Origin: Basidiobolus meristosporus CBS 931.73 | Taxonomy: Eukaryota > Fungi > Basidiobolomycota | Assembly: GCA_002104905.1 (NCBI GenBank) | Contig: MCFE01000026.1 | Span: 62,001-126,000, forward strand | Direction: 5' to 3' | DNA: 64,000 nt | Part shown: piece after piece, positions 11,829-25,180 of the stretch | Layout of the letters: the number at the start of each line of letters is the position of its first letter | Position numbering within the stretch: the first letter of the stretch is position 1 | Notes under the pieces: generated by a model | Seen by the model: only the letters and a program-made list of their open reading frames with translations | What the model was told of the DNA's origin: nothing | Database searches by the model: none | Position numbers and translations under genes: made by a program

Positions 11829-12475
11829 ATTGGTGGTGATTAATGTAGGGAGTCGGTAATCTAGTCTAAATCTATATGAATGATGTGGGTTGAGTGTAGT
11901 GGGATTGCTCTATGTTCAAAAAAAGGTTGAATGAGTCGACAAATTGGGCAACTGGAAGAAAGGGGGTATTTATAGTATTGCTCAATGGCGTCCCGTATTC
12001 GCTGATTTCTGGATTGCAGCCATATGTGGTTTATACAGTGAACCGAGATCCCTGCTGCATTCTGTCAAAACATCAAAAACATATGTGATGTACGGAAAGT
12101 GGTGGATACAATGGATGCCATGTCCAAACAAGTGGAATCTCAACCGCCGAAACGCATCTCACCAAGGGAAATTTGTACTACCCAGCTGCATAGTCGTCGT
12201 ATTTGATGATGTGTTGATTAATTAAACAATAACGCTAGTCTTTGCATTGAAAATAGCCCTCCTTTACTTCTGGAGAAATGTTCCTCTTTTATCTTTCTGC
12301 CTTGCGTGCTGGCATTCACACCCCACTGGCATCGTCAACGCTATTGGGTGGGTGGGTGTTGATTCTACATCCGTTATTCGCCCAAGTGATAATATGGACC
12401 GCTCAGGGTAAGTCAGACCATCAGATTTTAATGCATCATTCCAAAATTAGGGAAAACAATGTTACGCTCATTTTG

Positions 12476-15028
12476 TCAGTTGAATAGCCATTTCCACAAT
12501 TTCCGGATTCTTGGTTCACGGCGAGACTCCATATCCAGACCAATTTTGACCTTCCTCCTTTCGCTGGTGAGTCGAGGATCCAAACACCATCCCATCTCTT
12601 CTACCGTGGGGAGTTCGTTGGGAATGTATCCAATTATGGACCGCACAAACTCTGCGTCTGGTCGGAAGTGTGTTGATGAAATTAGAGGAAGCTTCATTGG
12701 GTTGGGACACGTGTAGAACGAGTACTTGGACTTCTTGTGGCTCAATGGGGCATTAACGAAGCTTGTTGGAAGCAGCAAGATGTGACCCTCTGATTTTCAA
12801 ATGTTAGCATGTGAAGAGCAGGTATTTCAATGTGTACAATTGTACCCGTGGTAAAGACAAAGTTTGAGTCCAGCGAGTTAACTGGGTGATCTGTTGTTTA
12901 AATAAACTTAGTGAGGAACTACATGCGCCGTTTAAATCAAAATTACCAGTGTCGAACAACAGGAATAAGTATTTCAAGGTTTCGCTTAGCATGAAGCTTT
13001 CCATGCGGTCCTCAAGCGTCATCGATATCACGTTTTTAACTGACGCAAACCCACACTTGACTCGCGTATACTTCTCAAGATCGGTTAAAACCATTTCGCC
13101 AACCTCCAAGTAAAACGGATCTTTTGTGGCCTGAGCAGTGAGTTAGAAAACCGCTATCTGGGATCAAGTGGATAGTTTACCTGGTACAGAAAATAAGTCG
13201 ACTCCACAAACTCTGGTCGCAGAGGATAATGCATCACCACAGGTTTCTTTGAATTGAGATCAAAGCGTTCCGGTATGGCATGGTATTTACGCCATATATT
13301 GTAGAAAACCAAATGAGATTTAATTGCATTTTCAAGATCTCCTGCCAGAACCTAGCAGGAATTCTATTAGCCAAGACCGAGTTAGTTAAAGACATACATA
13401 CTTACCTGAACTCCAGCAAAATAGGCCGATAGGCTATCTATCCAGGTCGCTGCTAGTTCACCATTGTACATATTAACATTGAGATAGAAGTATCCCGACT
13501 TATCCAACACTTGCTCCATTATTGCTTTATACGCTTGTTGATAAATGTGCATAAATTCAGTATCTCCAAACAGAACATAGGACTTGATCATGTATTCGAA
13601 AAAAGAATCTACGCCTGCTCCTGTACTAGCTGTTGGATGGATCCACTAAATGCGCAATTCTCGTTAATTCTGACCACATTTGAGTCGCAGTCGGATTTGG
13701 TACCTTCCCACTCTCTACATCTATCACATTTCCTAAAAGATTGATTTTGGATCGTCTGTTCCACAGACCATGGATCGCAGTTCTTGCTATTTCCTAAAAT
13801 TCCAAGAGTTCAGACATTCCCGCAATTGGTTAATATGCCATCGAGACTGGTACTAAAACTGGTTTACATCGAATCGTGAGTCATTCGTGAGTTTACTCAA
13901 TACTCCAAATTCAAGCATTAGAGAGCCAGCACCTGCAGTACAGGTTTCCGAAGTCTCGCCCTTTGGGAATCCATAACGAAGGTTTACCTAAAGGGGAATA
14001 TAGTTAGAACACTGTTTAAATGAAGTGAAAGCGATGTAGTGTACTCTGGGGTATGGTATCCTGGTTCGAGAAAACTGGAAGGCGGGAAGCAATCGTATTC
14101 CAAGATCATACGCCAGGTCTAGCAGCTCTCCTTTGTAGCCCTCTATTTTATATCCAAGCTTCTCATCGGTAGCCAGTAGATGCGCAGATAGCTAATTTCA
14201 CGTAGAGAACTAAGTACAATCCTTAACGATACCGTGTCAAAATTCTTCACTTACCAATCCACCAAGCACTCTGATGTTGACTTCGAACAATTGTATTTTA
14301 CTGTCCAAGTCAAAGTCCACAGATTTAATAACTAGATCGACCGCCTTCTCAAACCCCTTTTGATCTCCTAGGAGCTATTATATTTTCAGATCAGCTTGGG
14401 CTTTCACAACTGTTATAACAAGACTTCGTCATATCTACCGCCAATGTATCTAGGCTATCTATCAATGTAAGAGAATAATCCCCCAGAACATCGTTGACAT
14501 TGATATTATCGCTATTGCAGTGATTCCTGGTTAACCATAAGGTCCGAGTATTCAAAATAAGATGGTACTTACGGGTTCGCTTTATCTCGACCGCGCCCAC
14601 TGCAATTCAATGGATTCAGCTACTCTAAAAGTAAATTTCTAAGCAGCCCTTGAGCACGCTAATTGACAAACGTTCGCAAACCTCGTCCATTGGAAATCCG
14701 TGGGTCATATAATTATTGTAGCCGTGATAGAACATTTCCTAGAGCAAAGTGGCTAAGTAGCTTCTTACAAAGATTGCTTGTCTAGTTCATCCTCTGCTCC
14801 CCATTTCAATAGTAGATCGTAACATACTTTAGCTTTATCCCTTATACCAATGGGTTGGAGAAATATGAGTAAAGGCTAGAGCACGGTTCACGGGAAATAT
14901 CAATACCTAAGTTCTATTCTCCGCTTTTCAGATACGCTTTTAGAGCAAACGATATGAAGCAAAGAAAAGAATATTGACAGAGCTACGAGGAGCCATCGAG
15001 GAAATGATCGTCCTTGCCCATACTTCAT
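12476..15028 (-). CDS. MNL1: ER degradation-enhancing alpha-1,2-mannosidase (GH47, EDEM/MNL1), intron-rich
   Basis: Signal peptide ([19 protein letters not shown]), [69 protein letters not shown]; includes a 13-nt exon at 14828-14840. Confidence 0.92.
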
Positions 15029-15398
15029 TTCTTATTGAGTACTTGTCGTGACTTGAGCAAAGAGTGAAGTAGGCTATACTTTGTACAGAGTGGTAAGGAA
15101 CAAGTAAGATTAAGCAAGTCACTCAGCTTGCGTTATAAGGTTACAAACGAAGATTTCCATTTCATGTATATGAAGTCCATGATCAATGCTCTATGGAATA
15201 TCTCCGCCAACCAACGACCACCACCTGTTGCTATCACAGTGAATTTCGATAATTTTGAAGGTGTCTAGATATATGTATATATTGTAAAAATTGCCATCAT
15301 AGTTTATGGCGGAATTGTTGTGAATGCTAGGAATTTATTAACAAGCTAACTCTACCCGCCTAAGCGCTAAAAGTACACATTGTTGCGAACCAGATGAA

Positions 15399-16860
15399 TC
15401 AGCCTCGATTGACACCTTGGTTACCCCAGCCCCTAGGGTTGGCGTCCTTGAAGTCATCCCACTCACGGGCTTTGTACGTCTCCGCGTCGATGGCACTTTC
15501 ATCATTGTCATCGATCTCCTGTTTCTCGGGGGTTTTTCTGGATATCACGTCTTAATAGGCCATCGAGATGATGTAGTGAAATGCTGCTTACCCTCCACCG
15601 GAGATAAAGTTTCCTCGGTCCATCTCTTGCTGAAGATACTGGTCAATGGTCATGGTGGGAAGCCTCCATCCAGGACGGAAGACTTGCTCCTGCAGGGCCT
15701 TTCTCTGATTCGTAATGATAAACGGTCTCAAAGGCTTCAGGGTGGTTTAGGTGATGAAGACGACACACACATATATTGATAAATTGCCCACCTGTCCTTC
15801 TTTCGATAACAGTGGACCCTGACGCTGTGAAGTCTGATCAAGTCGCAGCTCAGAATCCTCATCTGTGTTCCGTTGCGATTTCTCGCCAAGGTTTAACTTC
15901 TTCATTTGATGTAACATCTCTTTTTCCTGTCTGATGGAGACAAATTGCTCCAATGCCTTTTGGATGCTCAAATCTATTAGTGTTACTAGTGCTTCTCGAA
16001 GCGTGTCTTCCATATCGGTCGTCTCTGCCAGATCCTCATCCTCATCCAAAGATAACAGGCTTTCGAGCTCCTAATGACCCGCTGAAGATTAGCACATACT
16101 GGCAGCGCAAAGGCTACTCCAAAAATCCATACGTCGAGCTTGAGTTTTGTGGCTTGTTCACGCTTGTAGCGTGCGATCTTTTCCTCCCTCTTTTTGCTAG
16201 GTTCTTTTTTAACCTGGCTAGCCAGTTCTTCATAGTACTTCTTATCCTGTTTGCTGACGAGTCAGTTCTGCTTTGGCACCATACTACGCGTGTTGCTCAT
16301 ACTCACCTCTTTAGATAGCAACTCATACATTTCGCAGGATTCCAAGAAAATCTCGAAGTGATTCTAATAATTGAGAGCAATTTGGTAAAATCAGGGCGAG
16401 AATCATAATAGGTATATTCGTTCCGGAATACCTCTGCCTTTTCTACTAAAGCCAGTCTATCAGAGCCTGTAGTTTTCAGAGAAAGTTCTCCGAGGTAGTA
16501 CTCTACTAGGAAATACCTACAGCAACGTGAGCATAGAGGCCGGATTCTTCCAAGAAGTGTGATCGTAGCACTCACTTGAGATCAGTAGTTTTCATGTCTT
16601 CTAGTGTTTCGTTGGGGCTGAATATAGCAGCCTTTCGCACTCGTTGAAGGCAGTTGGTGAATAGTTCTGAACATTCCGAAACTTGTCTCTAAAATTCAGC
16701 AGTGTAAGCTTATTCTGTCCACTGGATATTGCAGGTGATGTGGCTAGAGTTGGGTTACCTGAAACGCAGGATCTACAGTGGACAATTCAGAAGTCTCTAG
16801 GCTGCGAAAGAGGCTTTGTCCCTTACTAAATTCCTTTCCTAAACTCAATACCTCGGTCAT
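15399..16860 (-). CDS. TAP42: TAP42/IGBP1 (alpha4) PP2A-family regulatory subunit
   Basis: IFSPNETLEDMKTTDLK|YFLVEYYLGEL at the N-terminus; RLPTMTIDQY...; ETYKAREWDDFKDANPRGWGNQGVNRG* at the C-terminus. Confidence 0.93.
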
Positions 16861-17277
16861 TGTAAAGATGTGATGAGTTCCTTGTATTTTAACAGTTTTA
16901 TTAGTCAACATAATCTGCTCCCCTAACCCTAAATCTCGCTTAACCCTTGAAAACTGCGAATTAGATTGGAAAAGCTGGATTTTCGCTACATCTGCAGATT
17001 GTTTGTTTCTCAAGTAAAAAGATCATTGATGTACTAATCATAAATGGATGATGTTTAGTACATGAAATACTAACTATTTAATCTAATTAGCTACTCATGT
17101 GAGAATCAGAGCAATTTGTCAAGGTTCTTTGCTATCAAGTAAAGTGTGACTGATACTGTTATTATAAATCTCAAGCATGTCCTGAATACTACCAGCACTC
17201 TGGATAAATTAGAAGTGACAACTAATGTTAAAGTTGGATTACTACCTAGCTGAGCATATCCTGGTTTATCATGAAAT

Positions 17278-17616
17278 TGTTGTAATAATTAAGTTGTGAC
17301 CAAAATATTCATGCTAACTTAGTTACATAGATCTTATTCTTTGATTAGCATTCTGTCCTGACCAAATTTCTTGTTGGGATTTACTTCACCAAATTATCAG
17401 GTACCCAGATTATGATCTTTCTCAAAGTTGTCCAAAAGCCCCCAGACTTTGCACACATATTGTTGGGACCTTCCTTAACAAGCTCCACATGTTTGTTTGC
17501 TCTACTTTATCAAAAGTATAAATACTATACTTTTGAGCAATAAATCTACAAGTGAATAACATGTAAATCCTCTGATTCTCCACATCACTTCCAATACTCC
17601 CCAGAATATTGCAACA
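17278..17616 (+). mobile_element. Solo LTR, copia family 1, with 5-bp TSD GAAAT
   Basis: TGTTG...CAACA; GAAAT at 17273-17277 and 17617-17621; colinear with the LTR at 18125-18473; TATAAATA box. Confidence 0.9.
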
Positions 17617-17809
17617 GAAATATAGTGGTATGGGAGCTTCAAGGATCAAAGAGCTGTTGTGTACTGTTTTGTTGAGCTTCAATAGACTACACCTTTAGTG
17701 TAATGGAAGGTGACCTATAGAAAAAATTTGGATTATCATATCAAAAGGCCAACACAGAGTTGAGATCCAATAATTGAGAGGTTTTAATGCAATAGGGGTA
17801 CCATACAAA

Positions 17810-18124
17810 TGATGTGAGAGTTTTGGAGATATTGGCAGTGATTTGAAGTAGATTATATTGTTTTTGCCCTGTAACACATTGGATGTAAAGGTGGTGTTAA
17901 TACTTATATGTGCACTTGGCAAAAGAGCATGAAGACTCTGCTTAGAAAGGTCCTGAGAGTAAATGTACAAAGCCTGGGGCTGCTTGGACCACTTATAATG
18001 TTTACACCAAAACATCAGGTACCCACAACTTGAAGACTGAACAGTAAGTATTACCAAGGAATTTGGGCAGAATTCTGTATGATTTGTCAGTTACAATCTA
18101 AGTGACTAAGCTAGGTGAGCATTT
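17810..18124 (-). mobile_element. Older inverted copia-1 LTR, interrupted near its 5' end by the element at 18125
   Basis: Reverse complement contains CACCTAGCTTAGTCACTTAGAT and CCAATATCTCCAAAACTCTCACATCA, matching the family-1 LTR; about the first 26 bp are missing. Confidence 0.75.
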
Positions 18125-21100
18125 TGTTGTAAAAATTTGTATTTCCACCTAAATATTCACCTAACTTAGTCACTTAGATCATTACCTTCAAATCCTAGAG
18201 AATACTGACCAAATTCCTTGTCAGGATTTACTTAGAATATTTTCAACAAAATACCAGGTACCCAGAACATGAAAATTCTCAAAGTTGTCCAAACAGTCCC
18301 AAACTTTGCACAAATGTTCTTGGGACCTTCCTTAGCCTATTCTATGTGTTTGTAATGCCAAGACCAGGTAAAAGTATAAATACTACTTTTACATTCAATA
18401 AATCATTAAGTGAAAACCACATAATCTACTTGTCCTCCCAGTCACTTCCAATATCTCCAAGACTCTTACAACAGGTTATGAGCCCCAAGCTGTCACTCTC
18501 TGCAATGTCTACTACTGCTATTACTGGAATTTTCTCCTCTGCTGAAAAGTTGGATGGATCTAACCACCAAGTGTGGAAGGTGAAGATGAAGATGCTGCTA
18601 CAAGAAAGAGGCCTTTGGGATATTGTCATGGGAGAAGAATGCCCTCCTAAAAACATGGGAGAGGAAGCCTTAAAGTACCAGAAGAAAGAACAAAGTGCCT
18701 TTAACTGCATTTGCCTTGATGTTAAAGACAAATTGCTAATTCAATGCTCAAGAGCAAAAACAACAAAGAATGCCTGGAAGGCATTAGAAGACACCTACCA
18801 GTCATGTTCAGCTGCTACAAAAATGTATCTGAGACAAAAATTCTTTACTACAAAGATGCTGCCAGGAGAAGAAATGAAAAATCTAATTAAGAGAATTACC
18901 CTGCTGGTAGATGAGATGGAATCTGTGGGTGTACCAACTACCAATGAGGATGAGATAGTTACCATCCTGAATAGCCTGACAGACAAGTTTCAGGGCCTTG
19001 TATCAGTCCTAGAGTCCAGAACTGAAGATTTGACCTTAAATTACATATATGGAAGGCTCCTGGATGAAGAATTAAGAAAATCAAGCGCCAATAAGAAGGA
19101 AGAAGAAAATGCTTTAATAAGCAATCATAACAAACAAAGGAGGTACCCAAGACCCTACAAAGGCAACAGCAACCTGTTTTGTAACTACTGCAAAAGGAAA
19201 GGACACACATCAGACTGGTGTCTCAAAAAGAAAGATAATCAGCAAAAGAAGCCTGAATATAGAAATGCTGCAACAACTGAAGATAGACTATTCATATCTG
19301 CACTAAATATGACCACAAACAAGGATTCTCAGATGTGGTATATTGACTCTGGAGCATCTCAACACTTTACACACCAAAAAGAACTTTTTACCCAATATCA
19401 AGAAATTCCAATTAAGAAGGTTTTCATGGGTGATGATAGAACACTCGATGCAGTGGGAGAAGGAACTATCCAAGTAAACCTTAGAAGCAGTGAAGGAAGC
19501 CATACACTGACCTTTAAAGAAGTACTCTATGTACCAGAAATAGCCAAGAACCTACTCTCTGTAAGCAAGGCCACAGCAGAAGGACTCAGTTTCAGTTTTG
19601 ACAATTCTGGATGCAGGATCACTGATCAAAATGGTGCCCATATTGCTTTGGGCATCAGAGATCAGAATCTATACAAGTTGACTTATATTCCATCATATTT
19701 GGAAGCCAATATAAGTAACTTAAATGAAGAAACCCCAATGCTTTGGCACAGGAGATTTGGGCACATCAATTTTGATTATTTGCGCAAAATGATCAAAGAT
19801 CAGCTAATTTCTGGAGTAAAAATTGATCCCCCAGCTAATTTGGAGCACTGTGAAGCGTGCATATATGGGAAACAAGTGAGACAACCGTTCAAGAGCTTTG
19901 GGTTAATCAAAACTAAGAAAAAATTAGATCTAACTCACTCAGATCTGTGTGACCTATGCAAAATATATCCTTAGGTGGGATGAAGTATTTAATCACTTTT
20001 ATTGATGATTATACAAGATATACATGGGTCTGCTTCATGGAGAGAAAGGAAGAAGCTCTGTCTAAGTTCAGGGAGTTTAAAGCCATGGTGGAGAGAGAAA
20101 CTGGTGAAAAAATCAAGAAAATATGCTCTGACAATGGTGGAGAATATACCTCAAAACTCTTCATCCACTTCTGCAAAGTTCATGGGATAAAGCAAGAGAC
20201 TACTGTACCATACTCCCCACAGCAAAACAGAGTAGCAGAACAAGCTAACAGATCAATCATTGATATGGCAAGATCTATGATCCATGATCAAAAATTATCC
20301 TATGATTTTGGGTGGAATCAGTTGCCACTGCTGTTTACCTTAAAAATAGGAGTTATAACAGAATACTTGGTGATTCTACTCCATTTGAAGCATGGTATGG
20401 ATACAGACCAAGTGCAGAACATCTAAGAATATTTGGGTGTACAGCATATGCCAAAAAACTGGCCGGAAACCAGTCAAAATTTGAGCCAAAAAGTGTAAAA
20501 TGCATTTTTTTGGGCTACTGCAATGAGAGTAAGGCATACAGACTCTACAATACCAAAGCAAAGAAGCTGATCAAGTCCAGGGATGTGTTGTTTGATGAAA
20601 ATTCAAAATTTTCACAAAAAATGACATCAGATGATTACAAAAATTTGATCTCAAGTCCACCAATTGTCAGGATTGAATCAGAGCAAAACAATGAAAATTT
20701 TTTCACTCCAGAGGACTCTAAAACCATGGTTCAGCCAGAATCAGTGCCTAGGAATATCCCAAAAGTGATCATTCCAGTATTAAATGCCTGGAGATCCAAT
20801 TGGACAAGAAATAGCCCAAATTACTATATCAATGAGGGTACAAACTTAGCCTATGCCTATTCAGTCCATATTGATGAGCCCCAGACCGTAAAAGAGGCCC
20901 TAATAGCCCTCAGACAAAGTTTTGGAGATCTGCAATGACTGAGGAATATCAGGCCCTGATGGAAAATCAAACTTGGGACTTAGTCAGATTACCAATCAAC
21001 CAAATATCAATTGGATGCAGATGGGTCCTCAAGACAAAATACAAGGCTGATGGTACAATTGAAAGGTACAAAGCAAGACTTGTAGCCAAAGGATACTCTC

Positions 21101-21503
21101 AAACAAAAGGACTTGACTATACTGAGACCGTTGCACTGGTAGCCAAGTTTAATTCCATCAGATTAATACTGGCTATTGCAGCCAAATATAAGCTTTTTAT
21201 TCATCAAATGGATGTAAAAACTGCATTTTTGAATAGAGAACCTAATGAGGATGTGTATATGGACCAGCCTGGTGGGTTTGTTGACCAAGATAACCCCCAT
21301 TTGGTCTGCAAGCTTAAAAAGTCACTATATGGTCTCAAACAATCACCAAGAGCCTGGAATTGCAAGATAGATTCTTATTTGGAATCTTTGAGTTTCAAAA
21401 GGAGTAATGCTGACTATAGTATATACTATAAGCCAGATAGAGCAAACCCAGCTCTATTAGCTCTATATGTGGATGATCTTATTATAGCTGCCAATAACCT
21501 AGA
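18125..21503 (+). mobile_element. Ty1/copia LTR retrotransposon (family 1, Ty5/copia-type PBS), 3'-truncated by the satellite
   Basis: 5' LTR 18125-18473 (TGTTG...CAACA) followed directly by GGTTATGAGCCC; domain order gag-PR-IN-RT. Confidence 0.95.
18505..21503 (+). pseudogene. Frameshifted copia gag-pol
   Basis: Zn knuckle CNYCKRKGHTSDWC, protease WYIDSGASQH, WHRRFGH...CEAC, integrase FIDDYTRY/SDNGGEY/VAE, RT KARLVAKG, QMDVKTAF, LYVDD; split over 4 ORFs and truncated about 12 codons after YVDD. Confidence 0.93.
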
Positions 21504-23204
21504 AGTCCTGTGTTACACCCCTTGTTTCCTTGAGCAATATACAGGATTTCAACTTTCAGCACTTGGACCCAGGTGCTCAATCTTAGCTTGTATTATCAAG
21601 CCCAGATACTGGGTATTAAATCTCTTTGAATTGAGTAATACCTAACATTAAAATGTCAGGCACCTTGAGCCCAGGAGCTACATCTCAGCATTGATAATCT
21701 TGATCCAGGTTTTAGATCTATGATCTGATTTCCTAGGCCTAAGTCCTGTATGGCACTCCTCATTCCCTTAAGCAATGTCCAAAATTTCAACTTTCAGCAC
21801 CTGGACTCAGGTCCAGCATCACAGCTTTCATCAATTGTGGCCCAGGTCTTTGATCTTAGCTTGCATTACCATGCCCCAGTACTGGATGTCAATTCTGACT
21901 AAATTGAACAATTTTAACTTCACATATTGGCACCTTGAGCCCAGGTCCCATATTTCAGCTTAAATAACCTAAATCTAGGTTCTGGATCATGACCCTAATC
22001 ACATTGACCCAAGTCCAGGATGATATCCCACATTTCCTTGAGCAAAATCCTAAATTCCAATTTTCAGGACTTGGACCCAGGTCCATAACCTTAATATAGA
22101 TTACTATTCCTAGGACCTAGTATTGACTTTCATCAACTTGAGTCATATACAATAACTCAGCTTTTAGCACCTTGAGCCCAGGTTCTATATCTCAGGTTTC
22201 ATCTCCTGGACCTAGGTTCAAGATCTTAGCTACTATCACTTATATGCAGTTCCTTGATATCAACATTCAGCAACTTGACCCTGGTCCTAGCTATCAACTC
22301 TAATATCAACAAGCAATATGCAAATTCTCAACTTTCAGCATCTGGACACAGGTCTTAGATCCCACTTTTCAGCACCCAGAACCTGGTCCTAGTTCTTCAC
22401 TTTCATACCTGGACCCAGGTCCTAGATCTCACCCTGCTGCATCTGCCCCAATTTCCTGGATCTATATTGTTAGTACATTGACTCAGGTTCTAGATCTTAG
22501 CTAGCATTATATTTCTCAGATCCTGGATATTAAATTTTACTAAATGAGGTAATATCCAACACTACAACTTTTTGTGGCTTGAGCCCAGGCCCTACATCCC
22601 AGCTTTAAAACCCTTGATCTGGTTCTAAATCTTTGCACTGATCACCAGGACCCAAGTCCTGGATAACGCACCTCATATTCTTGAGCAATATCCAAGATTT
22701 TGACTTAGCTTGCACTATCATATCCACATCCTAAACATCAAATCTGATCATATAGAACAATATCTCATATTACAAGCTTTCTAGCTTAAGACCTGGGCCT
22801 ATATCCCAACTTTCACCACCTTGGACCAGGTTCTGGATCTTTGCACTGATCACTTGGACCCAGGTCCTTGATCTTCACTACTATCACTGTGACCAAGGTC
22901 CTGAATGACAACACTCATTTCAATGAGCAATATTCAAAGTTTCCGCTTTCAGCACCTGGATTCAGATCCAACATCCCACCTTTCTTCAACTGGGGCTCAG
23001 GTCTGTTATTTTAGCTTACATTACCATGTCCCGGCCTTGGATATCAGATCTCATTACATTGAGCAGTATTCAACTTATCAACTTTAGGTGCCTTGAGCCC
23101 AAGAGCAGCATCTTAGCTTTCATCCCTTTGAACCAGGCCCTAGTTCTTTGCCCTCATCACCTGGACCAAGTTCCTGGATGACAATCCTTATTTTGTAGAG
23201 TAAT
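21504..23204. repeat. 34-bp-based satellite, left segment (old, degenerate higher-order type)
   Basis: Recurrent CAGCACCTGGACCCAGGTCC-like cores interleaved with TTGAGCAATAT-containing subunits. Confidence 0.9.
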
Positions 23205-23947
23205 AGACTTGTTCCATCATACCATGCCAGGGCGTGCGGCGCAATCCGCGGTTGTAAAGAACAATTGGGCGCAATATTATATCTACCAGAAGGCAGGATT
23301 GTTCTTGGACAATTTCGCACTATGCGGGACAATCTTGCACACTATGGCACAATCTGACACGATGAGGTTGGCACAGATGATCACGCCAACTTGTAATGTT
23401 TGCATCATGTGCGCAATCAGATACCACTATAATGGCAGGTAAAATCCGGTATTTGGATATGGTTCTTTAATGTAAATGGAAATAAAAGTGTATCACTCTA
23501 TAAACTACACTGATACTTACCATTTTGGTTACCCTCCCCCCAATTGGATGGTATCTCAGTAGTTAATTGGTCCAAAAGTATCCTGAAGCTGGCAGCCCCC
23601 AATTGGCTCATTGACTACTGAAAAAGCTACCAGATTTACCATCAAATATCCCATTTTGCCCATTGAGCAAGTAAATCCCTGATCCTAGTGATTGGACAAG
23701 GTGTCATAGCTAGCACACAAGCAATTGTGTAGGTGCAAAACAGATCCAATAGCTGTACTGGTATTACAGATGACGTATATATATGCAGGGTGTTTATTTA
23801 TAGGGGTTCTGTCTCAAATGTGAGATGACCTTGATATTACTTATATCAAAAATTTGATGATCACTGATTTGCAATGGCTCAATTTGGATTGCAAAAGAAA
23901 AGGGTTGTCGGGATCATTACAAATGTGAGCAATTCAAAGCAATCACA

Positions 23948-25180
23948 TCATCTTCTCCTGGGTTTTTTTCTCACAGGGATTACTACTGAAGCATTTGGTA
24001 GTGACTCACTTTGCACACCTATACTACTTCCTGGCTGACTAGCATCTTGGCTACTTGTGTATTTGTAGTCAGTATTTTGCCTCCTAGTTGATGAGTGCAA
24101 TGCTGCAGCTTGGCCGCGCTGAATTGCTCTAACTGAACCGACTGAACTGGCCAGTAGTGCCACGTGCTGACGCGTTCTTTTACTTGCCAAGGGCTCCGGT
24201 GGTTGAGGCACTTCATGTTAGTCATCATCAGTCAGTTGACCAGAAGTAACTTGCTGATGGTCAGGCAAAACGGCACGCGCAGGCGCGCCTTGACACGTTG
24301 AGATGGCCCTTGGCTGAGTTCAATGTGATGCCGCATGTTGACGTGACTTGGTCCACTCCAATGGACTTGTGTCTAAATGAGCAGTTTGGCAAGTTCTTGT
24401 AGTTTTGCTCTGAAGCGCACGCGTTGACTCAACGCGGGGTGTTCTGGTAAAGAGTGTTGGTGTGGTCTGGACTGACATGCGCTGGCGCGCTGTGCTTGTA
24501 AGAGATGGTAGGGAATCCAGCAAGGCATGCTGGCGCAATCTGGACAATGTTGCTTGCATTCTGTATTCTTCCTCCTGAAGCTCACCATCTGATTCCTCAA
24601 TGTATTCACTTACCCTCTGTCTGATACTTTGGAGCTGTTGCCTGGATGAGTCCTGTGTATATTGCTCTTGGAAGCCACTTAGCTCTACTAATATATCACG
24701 TAGTACATTAGTCATTTGAGGCAAAAACTCATTCAAAATCTCTTTGGTTCCCAAAGTTGAGGCACAAATGGACGCATCCAGCCCGTACTGTGCAAATTGC
24801 GCGCAAAATTGTTCCCGCACGGCTTCTTTGTCAAATCCCCTCACTCTCAGCTCATTCTTGATTTCAATACTTGTCTTGTTATATATCTTTTTACATACAT
24901 TGGCTGGCATCTTGATGTAGAACTCTTGCCACAGCTTTCTACTCAAATTCTTCCATCTTTGTTGACTCTCTGAGGTATCTAGTTCTGCTAGATTAATCAG
25001 TAGTGCCCAAATATCTGTATGAAGGCTCATCATAGACACTTGGGCCATACTTAAATCATTTGGGAAGAACTCAAACAGATCCAACATTGGCTTCTTTGTT
25101 CCGGACCGTGCTTGTGAGCTGGGGGATGGGTTTTGTCTGGGTTGTACTAAAGATGAGTTGAGGCTTGGTATGGGGACCAT
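23948..25180 (-). pseudogene. Accessory ORF1 of the PHIS element, divergent from the transposase; no recognised domain
   Basis: 286-aa open frame with a coiled-coil-like segment, ending at a TGA that may derive from CGA; further 87-aa frame downstream. Confidence 0.5.

Noticed and set aside
11830-12470. Possible small gene between NEM1 and MNL1 (ORF 11944-12225)
   Set aside because: No splice combination I tried gave a recognisable protein.
17029-17063. ATGTACTAA...TTAGTACAT hairpin at the gene/repeat boundary as a Helitron end or insulator
   Set aside because: AT-rich 9-bp arms with no convincing adjacent CTRR terminus; compatible with chance.
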